This document shows, one piece after another, positions 10,553 to 19,190 of a stretch of DNA of 64,000 nucleotides. The notes beneath the pieces were generated by a model. The model made no database searches and was not told the origin of the DNA. It saw only the letters and a list, made by a program, of their open reading frames with translations. Location of the stretch: the NCBI GenBank assembly GCA_002897935.1, contig BDTA01000046.1, forward strand, positions 17,934 through 81,933, given 5' to 3'. This DNA comes from a bacterium BMS3Abin08 (GTDB lineage Bacteria > Nitrospirota > Thermodesulfovibrionia > Thermodesulfovibrionales > JdFR-85). The translations under genes were made by a program, and so were the position numbers. Every line of letters starts with the position of its first letter. Position 1 is the first letter of the stretch.

Positions 10553-10922
10553 AAGCCATCCTCCGGATTACCTGTCTGTACCTTGGCAGTTGCATAAAAA
10601 ACCATCCGAATATATGCAGAAGCGGGAGATTCAGGGGAATTTTGTGCATCATTGCGGGGTTCTCACCGGTCGGTCTATCATCTTTCGATACAGGCGTGGT
10701 AGTGGAATGGGAAAGACGAAGGGAAGGCGTTAAAAGGAATAAAACATAGACCCCGGTTAAAATCATGATTATTAATAATAACTCTCTAAAGCCTTTACTG
10801 TCAAGGATTTGAATATTCCGATAAAAAGAATTCATCTGAAAACTCAAGGGACAATTCAAGTGAAACATGCAGGCATCCCCCCTGTTCTGGTAAAATACAT
10901 AAGATGCATCTCCGGAGATGTC

Positions 10923-11648
10923 ATGAGAAAGATCAAGCTAACTTTATTCCCACTCCTCTTTAGCGCCCTCATCCTCATCAACCTGCATTCCGCATATGCC
11001 TGGCATGACGAGACACACCTTGCAGTTGCAAAGGCGGCCGGATACCACAAATGGTACAACGCTGCCGGGGCAGACATTGCAAAGCTGAAAGCCGGAAGGG
11101 TTGAGATGAACAACCACTTCTTTGACAACCCCGAAGGCATCAGTGTTACGCCGGACATGGTCCTGAAACAGACAGACAGATACAACAAACGGGAAGACAG
11201 GGAAGGCCACCTCTATGGGGCGATTATTGCTTCCATCCGCAACTACCTGACAACGTCCCATAAGGGCAAGTATGCGGAATACCACCTCGCCTATTGCGCA
11301 CACTATGTGGGCGATCTCTCACAACCGCTCCATAATATGCCCTATGATGACTTCAATAAAATGCACCATAGCGGGTTTGACGGAACAGTGGAGGATGAGG
11401 CGTTAAGAAACATCAGCCATATAAGGAGATACATGTATCCAATAAAACTGGACGCTCAGACCTTTGAAAAAGACCTCGCCGGAGAGATTGCAAGGATTGC
11501 AAACGTATCAAGACAACTCGGTAAAAAACTCAGGAGAGAAAACAGAATCCTGACACGGGAAGAGGCATACAGACAACTCGGACACAGCGCATCCCTGCTA
11601 AAGGCCATTCTCGGATATCTCGAAAAAGTTAAACATCCACATCAATAA
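10923..11648 (+). CDS. Secreted S1/P1-type zinc nuclease / zinc phospholipase C superfamily protein
   Basis: I place the start at the internal ATG 10923. This gives a signal peptide (...LHSAYA) followed by mature N-terminal W-H-D-E-T-H; an N-terminal Trp is a Zn ligand in this superfamily. HYVGDLSQPLHN resembles the HF(V/I)GDIHQPLH motif of P1/S1 nucleases. Confidence 0.6.
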   Translation: MRKIKLTLFPLLFSALILINLHSAYAWHDETHLAVAKAAGYHKWYNAAGADIAKLKAGRVEMNNHFFDNPEGISVTPDMVLKQTDRYNKREDREGHLYGAIIASIRNYLTTSHKGKYAEYHLAYCAHYVGDLSQPLHNMPYDDFNKMHHSGFDGTVEDEALRNISHIRRYMYPIKLDAQTFEKDLAGEIARIANVSRQLGKKLRRENRILTREEAYRQLGHSASLLKAILGYLEKVKHPHQ

Positions 11649-11698
11649 CCATGCTTTAAAAATCCGTGAAAAGCATCATCCGGATCCCGGGGTGAGGA

Positions 11699-12793
11699 CT
11701 AAACCTGCCTGTACGTATAATAGGCATGGCAGGCGCCTTCCGAGGAAACCATGCAGGCGCCGATCGGGTTCTTAGGTGTACAGGCATTACCAAACACCCG
11801 GCAATCAGTGGGCCTTGCCTTGCCCCTGAGGATCTCACCACAAAGGCAGAACTTATGGTCATCGATCCGTATATCGGGAAGGAGTTCTCCATAAACAACC
11901 TCTGCATCAACAGCCGAGTAATCGTCCTTCAGTCTCAAACCACTCCGGGGTATGTCTCCCAAGCCCCTCCATCTGAACGTCTCCCTCGTGGCAAAATACC
12001 GGGATACAAGATCCTGCGCCTTTATGTTGCCCTCCGGGTTTACCGCCCTCTTATACTGAATCTCCACATCACCTCTCCCTTCGGAGACCTGTCTCAATAT
12101 CATGGAGACGCTCTGCAGGATGTCCACAGGTTCGAACCCGGAGACAACCAGGGGGACTGAATAGCTCTTCGCTATGTCCTGATAAATATCAATCCCCGTA
12201 ATGGTGCTGACATGTCCGGGGGCAATAAAGGCCTCTATTTTCACATCCTCGGAACTCATTATGGCATGGATTGCAGGCGGCACCAGGACATGGTTTATAT
12301 GGAAAAGCAGGTTCTTAACAGCGCCGGTTAGCGTCTGGTGTATAACCGCTGCAGTGATGGGGGCCGTCGTTTCAAATCCTATGGCACAGTACACCACCTT
12401 TTTCGACGGGTTCTCCCTCGCAATCCTGATTGAGTCAAGAGGGGAATAGACCATCCGTATATCATGCCCCCCGGCACGTTCTTTCATCAGCGAACTAACG
12501 GACCCCGGCACCCTCATCATATCCCCGAGAGTCACAAGGATGACATCCTTCTCCCCTGCAATGATAATCGCCTGATCAATCCTCTCCTTGGGCATTACAC
12601 ATACCGGACAACCCGGCCCGTGAAGGAAGACAACCCCATCGGGGACTATCTGGTTTATCCCAAACCGCATTATCACATGGGTATGACCACCACATATCTC
12701 CATGATGTTGACGGGTTTTTCGTATATCCTCCTTACCTCATCGGCAAGAATCCCTATATTCTCGCTACTCCTGAAGTCATTATAGATATCCAT
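11699..12793 (-). CDS. hypD: [NiFe]-hydrogenase maturation protein HypD
   Basis: 364 aa. Contains the GGHTH, GPGCPVCV, GFETT and PGHVS motifs. Confidence 0.92.
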   Translation of the reverse strand: MDIYNDFRSSENIGILADEVRRIYEKPVNIMEICGGHTHVIMRFGINQIVPDGVVFLHGPGCPVCVMPKERIDQAIIIAGEKDVILVTLGDMMRVPGSVSSLMKERAGGHDIRMVYSPLDSIRIARENPSKKVVYCAIGFETTAPITAAVIHQTLTGAVKNLLFHINHVLVPPAIHAIMSSEDVKIEAFIAPGHVSTITGIDIYQDIAKSYSVPLVVSGFEPVDILQSVSMILRQVSEGRGDVEIQYKRAVNPEGNIKAQDLVSRYFATRETFRWRGLGDIPRSGLRLKDDYSAVDAEVVYGELLPDIRIDDHKFCLCGEILRGKARPTDCRVFGNACTPKNPIGACMVSSEGACHAYYTYRQV

Positions 12794-12879
12794 TGTCTTC
12801 TCCTTTTTTTCCGAAAGAGATGGTTATTAGAGTACAGAGTATATTAAACCCCGAGCAGAGACTGTGGGGTAATATAAAC

Positions 12880-14028
12880 TCAATCAAACCCTCCAGCGCT
12901 TGATTTGGGCAAAAGACCGTTCCTTTCGAGGCTGTCCATAATCTCAATCATTATCCTGTTTGATACAAGCATGCCCTTATCGGTGAGATATATGCGGTCA
13001 TCCAGTCGAAAAAGATAGCCGGTCCTCTCAAAATCCCCGATCAAATCTATAGAAGAAACCCCCAATGCACCCATCTTCAGCCCCTGTCTTGTCCTCAATC
13101 TCAGGAATATTTCCTCTTTCAGGGCATCCGGTTCCGTCAGGGCGGCCTCTTCCACCACCGCATTACCCCCGGTATTAACCATATCCATGTACCCCCTTAT
13201 ATCAGAGGTATTCCTGGACCTCCTGCCACCTATAAATGAGTGTGCCCCCGCTCCAAAGCCCAGGTAATCCTCCCTCATCCAGTACTTCATATTGTGCATG
13301 CATTCAAATCCGGTCAAGGCGTAGTTGGATATCTCATAATGGGCATATCCCCTCCCGGAGAGGAATTGCGCAACAAAATCGTAAAACCCGGCAATCTCTT
13401 CCTCCCCCGGCAATGTAACGGCATTGTCCCTGACCATACGGTAAAACGGGGTGCCATCCTCTATGGAGAGTTCATATGCAGAGATGTGCGGGGGGTTAAA
13501 CTCCATGACCCCACGGAGGGTGTTCTTCAGTTCTTCCATACCCTGTCCCGGCAACCCGTATATGAGATCCAGGGAAAAGTTCCTGAACAGACGGGCTACC
13601 GAACGGAGACAATGACGGGAGTCCGACACACTGTGCACCCTGCCAAGAACCCTCAGTTCTCTTTCACACATCGACTGGACACCGATACTGACCCTGTTAA
13701 TGCCTCCCCTCAGAAACCCCTGCAGGGAATCCTCATCCACAGTGCCGGGGTTCAGCTCCAGAGTGGTCTCAGCGCCATCCTGAAGACCAAACCTCTCACG
13801 GATAACCTCCAGCAACCCCGCAATATCTCCGGGGGTAAGCAAAGAGGGGGTGCCTCCCCCAAAAAAAACCGTATCCGCCGGTCCTTTGAAGGGGGAATGC
13901 CTCACCTCTGATTGAAGCGCTGAGAGGTACGAATCCTTCAGGGCCTCATCATAGTGAATTGATAAAAAGTCACAGTAGTTGCACTTTTTGATGCAGAATG
14001 GTATATGTACATATATCCCGGCAGACAT
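12880..14028 (-). CDS. hemW: Radical SAM heme chaperone HemW (HemN-like, oxygen-independent coproporphyrinogen oxidase family)
   Basis: 382 aa. CIKKCNYCDF (CxxxCxxC) cluster motif and a HemN_C-like tail. Confidence 0.88.
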   Translation of the reverse strand: MSAGIYVHIPFCIKKCNYCDFLSIHYDEALKDSYLSALQSEVRHSPFKGPADTVFFGGGTPSLLTPGDIAGLLEVIRERFGLQDGAETTLELNPGTVDEDSLQGFLRGGINRVSIGVQSMCERELRVLGRVHSVSDSRHCLRSVARLFRNFSLDLIYGLPGQGMEELKNTLRGVMEFNPPHISAYELSIEDGTPFYRMVRDNAVTLPGEEEIAGFYDFVAQFLSGRGYAHYEISNYALTGFECMHNMKYWMREDYLGFGAGAHSFIGGRRSRNTSDIRGYMDMVNTGGNAVVEEAALTEPDALKEEIFLRLRTRQGLKMGALGVSSIDLIGDFERTGYLFRLDDRIYLTDKGMLVSNRIMIEIMDSLERNGLLPKSSAGGFD

Positions 14029-14233
14029 CAGTTAATTATAACCGATCCGGCCTCATTCGAGATTGATATCCGACAAAACGGAACCGGTGCCCCCTGCCCG
14101 CAAAGAGAGACGGAACCGGACGAATATGGTGCGTGCACAGAGCTTGAAACGGACTCCGTAGCGGCAATCCCGTGTTTCAGCTTACATGATCCCAAAGATA
14201 CTTTATTTTATGTTAAAATTTCGGTGAACGATC

Positions 14234-14923
14234 TTGGAAGATAGAACCATGATAGAGAATCTGAAAAAAACAGAGATCTTCAAGGACCTTCAGGATGAAG
14301 AACTTAACGAAATAGCACCCTATATACGGGAGAAGTCCTTCATGAAGCGGGAGATGATATTCTCGGAAGGAGACCCCCCTGATTTCCTCTACATTGTGAA
14401 AGACGGCAAGGTCAAGGTCACCAAACTCTCCCACGAAGGAAAGGAGATTATTCTTGAGATTATCTCCCCCTATGACTTCTTTGGTGGTATTGCCGTCATA
14501 AAGGGGTTCCCCTACCCTGCAAACGCTGTTCCCATGGATGATACAACGGTTTGGATGATCTCGAGAAACAACCTGCTGCTCATCATTGACAGATTCCCAT
14601 CCCTGATGTATTCACTTACAATGAGTCTCGGGGACCGCATGCGGGTCTCCCATGAAACACTTAAAAACATCGCACTTGAAAGGGTCGAGTCGCGGATCGC
14701 ATCACTGCTGCTTAAGCTGTCCGATAAAATGGGAAAGCAAGCCGATGAGGGCCTTCTGATAGATATGAAGCTCACAAAACAGGATATCGCCGATATGGTC
14801 GGGACAACCGTGGAGACAGCAATCAGAACAATGTCGAAGCTGAAAAAATCAGGCTACATATCTGAAAAAGGAGGAAGGATCCTTATCTTGGACAGGGAGG
14901 GCCTTGCATCCCTGGGTTCCTAA
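14234..14923 (+). CDS. Crp/Fnr-family transcriptional regulator
   Basis: 229 aa. cNMP-binding-like beta-barrel and a C-terminal HTH (DIADMVGTTVETAIRTMSKL, with the E..R recognition pattern). There is no N-terminal Cys cluster. The start could instead be 14249. Confidence 0.88.
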   Translation: MEDRTMIENLKKTEIFKDLQDEELNEIAPYIREKSFMKREMIFSEGDPPDFLYIVKDGKVKVTKLSHEGKEIILEIISPYDFFGGIAVIKGFPYPANAVPMDDTTVWMISRNNLLLIIDRFPSLMYSLTMSLGDRMRVSHETLKNIALERVESRIASLLLKLSDKMGKQADEGLLIDMKLTKQDIADMVGTTVETAIRTMSKLKKSGYISEKGGRILILDREGLASLGS

Positions 14924-15333
14924 GCCTCCTCTTGCCTTGCAAGCAGAGTGGCAAGCATATTATAGAAGAAGACAGCTATGGAAAGTATCTCCACAACCCC
15001 ACTCAATCCAGTTAAAATCCTGTAAGCATCGACTTCCGGATGGTATACCTTCAACGTATAGAACAGCACCATCCCTATCAGACCAATATTGGCAAACCAG
15101 AACTGCAATCCAACCAGTGCCTTACTCTTAATGAGTCTCCCCGAAAATCTCGGAAGGATATGATATCCCACCCCGTATATCATCATGGAAACCCATCCTA
15201 TCAGCATAAGGTGAGTGTGAACAAACTTCAGACCCAGAAGGTTCTGATTCATAATCATAAATACACCTAAAACCGATGCCAAGCCGAGATACACTATACT
15301 AATCACTATAAAAGCCTTTACGTATCTGTCCAT
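14920..15333 (-). CDS. Four-TM histidine-containing membrane protein of unknown function (possibly heme-copper-oxidase-subunit-I-like)
   Basis: Four hydrophobic helices with conserved-looking His residues (FVHTHLMLIGW, GYHILPRF). It is convergent with the crp-family gene with a 4-nt overlap. The start is either 15333 or 15357. Confidence 0.55.
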   Translation of the reverse strand: MDRYVKAFIVISIVYLGLASVLGVFMIMNQNLLGLKFVHTHLMLIGWVSMMIYGVGYHILPRFSGRLIKSKALVGLQFWFANIGLIGMVLFYTLKVYHPEVDAYRILTGLSGVVEILSIAVFFYNMLATLLARQEEA

Positions 15334-15414
15334 AACCCGACCTCCTCTCTCCGACAATTCGGGCCTGCTGCACGCCCTCTATATTATTTATACCCTATCA
15401 TGGAGGATGTTTTC

Positions 15415-15430
15415 TATGATTAATATCATA
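15415..15430. promoter_or_regulatory. Candidate Crp/Fnr-family operator TATGAT-TAAT-ATCATA
   Basis: Perfect 6+6 inverted arms around a 4-nt spacer, containing the TGAT-N4-ATCA core of FNR-type boxes. A minus-strand TATAAA (15392..15387) lies about 33 nt downstream of the centre. Confidence 0.4.
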
Positions 15431-15677
15431 AGGACCAAAATTTCTGTAAGATGGATTGCGAGGATGCCGGCTGAATGCCCCGACCTAAGGCCGGGCAGCT
15501 TCACTTTTATATACCTCTGAACCCTGGATTTCCTCAGCCGTCTCCGCTACGAAAAACACATGATGACAGGCAGATATCCCGATACGAGATATAGGTTACG
15601 GGTGGAAATACATTACCGTTGAGAAGCCCGAAGAGATATACGGCAGCGTATCCCTTGCCCGAGTCTCCGGCCATTCA

Positions 15678-15707
15678 TTGACACTACAGTTTTTTTCCTG
15701 ATACACT
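15678..15707 (+). promoter_or_regulatory. Possible sigma70-type promoter of the chemosensory cluster
   Basis: TTGACA (15678-15683), N18, then TACACT (15702-15707), about 57 nt upstream of the first che-cluster ORF. Confidence 0.3.
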
Positions 15708-15763
15708 TTAGTTGTACATGTATATATACTTTTCACAAATCTCCATCACTTCCCGTATCCCGG

Positions 15764-16861
15764 ATGAGCCTGACAGGTAAATTAGAAGACCTCGGCCTTG
15801 CCGATATCTTTCAGATACTGAGTATCGGAAAGAAAACAGGGTCGCTGTTGGTCCGGGGAAAGGATATCCGTGCAGGGGTGATACTTAAAAGGGGGCTTGT
15901 CGTAAAGGCCGAAGCCAACATCCTCGACGGTGATATCGGAGATGACCTCCTCAAGGCCGGCCTTATCGACGAAGCAGGCTTACAGCTTGCCCGAAACATA
16001 AAGACCGACCTTCCGGAGAAGAGTATCGCCCGGGTGTTGCTGGAACTCGACTCGGTCAAAAAGGAATCAATAGACAGGATTGTCAAGAAGAGGATTGAAC
16101 AGGTGGTGTACCACCTCCTGCTTCTTGAAGAAGGCGACTTCAGTTTTGAACCCGATGAACTGGAGTTAAGACTGCCCGACCTGAAGGACCTGGGCTGGGT
16201 GGTTTCAAAGGGGCTCAGCCCTGAATACCTCCTTATGGAAGGAGCGAGGACCTACGACGAAACACACAAATTCGAAGAGGTCCTCAAAGAGGAACTCTCA
16301 GAGGAAGAAACCGGACCGGAGTGGTTTGAATGCAGCCAGCCCGAGTTCCCGAGGGAGATCTCATCACTGAGGGGATTGACCCAGGAACTCAGGCTTCCCG
16401 AGACCCCTTCGGAGATCTCTCTTTTGATCCTCCGGTTTGCAAGCGATATCTTTCAGAGGGCCGTACTATTTATAATGAATGATGAGATTCTCACAGGTTT
16501 CGGACAATTCGGACTTGATCTCGAGCAGGCTGACGAGAGGGTCCGTGAAATAGCGCTCCCAATCGAAGACAGCCCCTATTTCTCCAGGATAGTCAATGAT
16601 GGCAGGCCATTCAAAGGAGAGCTTGAGAAAGAACCCTTGACGGAGTTATTCATCGGTGAAATTGGCGGGAACTGGCCTGTAGAGGTGGTTTTTTACCCGA
16701 TTATTGCCGAAAATCGTGTTGTTGCGTTACTCTATTGTGACAATCAGCCACCGGGAGAACCGATTGGGGAAACCCCGGGGCTGGAGATCTTCGTAAACCA
16801 GGCGGGCCTTGCCCTTGAGAAGGCGATACTAAAACAAAAATTAGCCGAAAGGGGTGAATAA
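15764..16861 (+). CDS. DUF4388 (PATAN-like) N-terminal domain protein with GAF-like C-terminal domain
   Basis: The N-terminus GKLEDLGLADIFQILSIGKKTGSLLV matches the DUF4388 signature as I remember it. An acidic linker follows. The C-terminal roughly 150 aa look GAF-like. Confidence 0.7.
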   Translation: MSLTGKLEDLGLADIFQILSIGKKTGSLLVRGKDIRAGVILKRGLVVKAEANILDGDIGDDLLKAGLIDEAGLQLARNIKTDLPEKSIARVLLELDSVKKESIDRIVKKRIEQVVYHLLLLEEGDFSFEPDELELRLPDLKDLGWVVSKGLSPEYLLMEGARTYDETHKFEEVLKEELSEEETGPEWFECSQPEFPREISSLRGLTQELRLPETPSEISLLILRFASDIFQRAVLFIMNDEILTGFGQFGLDLEQADERVREIALPIEDSPYFSRIVNDGRPFKGELEKEPLTELFIGEIGGNWPVEVVFYPIIAENRVVALLYCDNQPPGEPIGETPGLEIFVNQAGLALEKAILKQKLAERGE

Positions 16862-16863
16862 CA

Positions 16864-17235
16864 GTGAAAAGGATCCTCATTGTTGAAGATTCCGATTCAA
16901 CAAGATCCATGATAAGGACAATGGTTGAGGATTTGGGGGAGGAATACCTTGTTTTTGACACGGGAAACGGTTTTGAGGCGTTAAAGTTACTTCCCACTGA
17001 AGATTTCAACATGATCATCACGGACATTAACATGCCCGATATCAACGGACTTGAACTGATAAACTTCATAAAGACAAATCCGAGATACAGGGACATCCCC
17101 CTGATCATCGTAAGTACGGAGAGGTCGGAAGAAGACCGCAACAGGGGACTTGCCCTTGGAGCCGACGCCTACATCACAAAACCCTTTAAGCCTGAGGAAC
17201 TCCAGGAAACGGTTAAACAAATAATTCAAAAATGA
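16864..17235 (+). CDS. cheY: CheY-like single-domain response regulator
   Basis: 123 aa, GTG start. VEDSDS, TDINMPDINGL, and ITKPF (conserved Lys). Confidence 0.9.
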   Translation: MKRILIVEDSDSTRSMIRTMVEDLGEEYLVFDTGNGFEALKLLPTEDFNMIITDINMPDINGLELINFIKTNPRYRDIPLIIVSTERSEEDRNRGLALGADAYITKPFKPEELQETVKQIIQK

Positions 17236-19190
17236 GTTCAACAAACAAAGAGTTTATTTCAGAAGCTGAAGACCTCCTTAATGAATCGAGGGAATGCCTC
17301 CTCGAGATACAGGATGGTTTTCCGGAACAATACAACCCTGACACACTCAATGCCTTATTCAGATCCATGCATACCCTGAAGGGGATCTCCGGACTTTACG
17401 GGCATGAAGGACTTAAAGACCTGAGTCACGAACTTGAAGGACTGCTTGACGAACTCCGTCTTGGCAGGATCGACTTGTCGGAGGATCTCATAAACTTCCT
17501 CTTCCATAACATTGACATAGTGAGGAACATGGTATCGGTGGCTTCTGAAGAAAAGGACACCGACGTCTCCTCCTGTATCCGGGAGATTGAGAGGTTCAAA
17601 AATACTGCGGGGATGTCCTCCGGCGAGGCCCCCTTAAGTGAAATAGTCGGGGAGGAAATTCTCAGGGTCTTATCCGAATATGAAGAGCACCGCTTAAGAA
17701 CAAACGTAAAGGATAAAAAGGGCATATTTCTTATCTACACCGTCTTCTCCCTCTCTGAATTCGACAAAGGGCTCTCCAAGCTCACCGGGACCCTGAAGAA
17801 AGACGGGGAACTCATCTCGACCCTCCCCACATCAGAGGGCATCCCGGAGGGCTCCATAGGCTTCAAACTCCTCTTTGCATCTGAAAAAGACCTGCACTAT
17901 CTAAGGGATAAAACCGGTCTGGTAATCGAGGAGATTTATAGCTGCAAACCCTCCACTGTACAGCCTGTCACTCAGGAGGAGACACTCAGAAGCGTCTCCT
18001 CAACCGTCAGGGTGGATATCGAAAAACTCGACAGGATCCTCAACACCATAGGCAAGCTGAACCTTACCAAGGGAGCCATAAGCAGGGTCGAGGAGGAACT
18101 GATCGAGACGTATGGTCACTCACACCTTGTGTTTGATATGCACAGGGTGATACAGAACTTTGACAGGCGACTCAAGGAACTCCAGGATGACGTCCTCCAG
18201 ATAAGGATGGTACCCGTAGGGCAGATATTCTCGAGGCTGGGACAGATTATCAGAAGATACTCAAAGGGATTGAAAAAAACCGTCGAGTTAAAGACCTTTG
18301 GCGAGGATACGGAGATTGACAAGTTCATTGCCGAGGAGATTGCCGACCCCCTGATGCATATTGTGAGAAATGCCCTTGATCACGGGATAGAAACCCCGGA
18401 GGAGCGCGCGTCTAAAGGAAAACCTCAAACCGCTCAGATCAAGCTGAGTGCATTCCCGAAGGGGAATCACGTTATTGTTGAGGTTGAAGACGACGGGCGT
18501 GGAATAGACCCTTCAAGGATAAAAGAGAAAGCAGATGCCCTCGGGCTCGTTTCCAGGCAGGATGAGCTTGATAAAAGCGAGATAATAAACTTCATTTTCC
18601 TGCCAGGCTTCACCACCAGCGAAACCATTACCGATGTCTCAGGCAGGGGCGTAGGCATGGATGTGGTTAAAGAGAAGATATCATCAATCGGTGGTTTCGT
18701 TGATGTTTCCTCGGAGATGGACGTGTTTACCCGCTTCTCACTGACTATACCCATTACCCTTGCAATCATTAAGTCCCTTTTAATACGGTCGGGAAGCCAC
18801 AACTTCGCCCTGCCCCTCACATCCATATCGGAGACCCTGCTTGTGAAGAGGACCGACATCCAGAGCATTGAAGGCAACATGATCTACAACCTCAGGGGAG
18901 AACTTCTCCCCACCATATCCCTTGCAGGGCTGTTTGACTTACGGACTGCGGACTCTGAAGAAAAATACATAGTTGTCGCAGGGTATGGTGAACGCAGAGT
19001 GGGCATTATTGTGGATGCGCTCATCGGGAGCCAGGATATGGTCATAAAATCACTCGGCGACTACTTCAGGAACTTCAAGGGATTTACAGGAGCTGCCGAA
19101 GTAGGCAAAAACGAAGTGATCCTCGTTATCGATGTTGAGGCGATCATGGAGGAAACGCTTAAGAGGTACCGGGGGTTGGCCCATGTATAG
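17232..19190 (+). CDS. cheA: Chemotaxis histidine kinase CheA
   Basis: 652 aa. Hpt domain (FRSMHTLKG), dimerisation domain, HATPase (HIVRNALDHGIE, DDGRGID, GRGVGMD) and a C-terminal CheW-like P5 domain. Confidence 0.95.
   Translation: MSSTNKEFISEAEDLLNESRECLLEIQDGFPEQYNPDTLNALFRSMHTLKGISGLYGHEGLKDLSHELEGLLDELRLGRIDLSEDLINFLFHNIDIVRNMVSVASEEKDTDVSSCIREIERFKNTAGMSSGEAPLSEIVGEEILRVLSEYEEHRLRTNVKDKKGIFLIYTVFSLSEFDKGLSKLTGTLKKDGELISTLPTSEGIPEGSIGFKLLFASEKDLHYLRDKTGLVIEEIYSCKPSTVQPVTQEETLRSVSSTVRVDIEKLDRILNTIGKLNLTKGAISRVEEELIETYGHSHLVFDMHRVIQNFDRRLKELQDDVLQIRMVPVGQIFSRLGQIIRRYSKGLKKTVELKTFGEDTEIDKFIAEEIADPLMHIVRNALDHGIETPEERASKGKPQTAQIKLSAFPKGNHVIVEVEDDGRGIDPSRIKEKADALGLVSRQDELDKSEIINFIFLPGFTTSETITDVSGRGVGMDVVKEKISSIGGFVDVSSEMDVFTRFSLTIPITLAIIKSLLIRSGSHNFALPLTSISETLLVKRTDIQSIEGNMIYNLRGELLPTISLAGLFDLRTADSEEKYIVVAGYGERRVGIIVDALIGSQDMVIKSLGDYFRNFKGFTGAAEVGKNEVILVIDVEAIMEETLKRYRGLAHV

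Noticed and set aside
10536-10868. 110-aa ORF with one hydrophobic segment in the yebC/nuclease intergenic region.
   Set aside because: It has no RBS and no recognisable motif. It overlaps the yebC 5' end region and the promoter area of the nuclease gene.
12184-12197. CTGAT-AAAT-ATCAA, an FNR-like box.
   Set aside because: It lies inside the hypD coding sequence and is most likely a chance occurrence.
14063-14076. TTGAT-ATCC-GACAA, a half-matching FNR-like box about 41 nt upstream of the hemW start codon.
   Set aside because: Only one arm matches the consensus, and the position would place the transcription start at the start codon. The evidence is insufficient.
15638-15651. ATACG-GCAG-CGTAT palindrome 27 nt upstream of the putative che-cluster -35 hexamer, and a module-B-like hairpin tgccccgacc-taa-ggccgggca at 15476-15497.
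   Set aside because: Both are short with no second copy of the palindrome. The hairpin sits between divergent genes, so it is not a terminator. They are noted only as possible regulatory or repeat debris.
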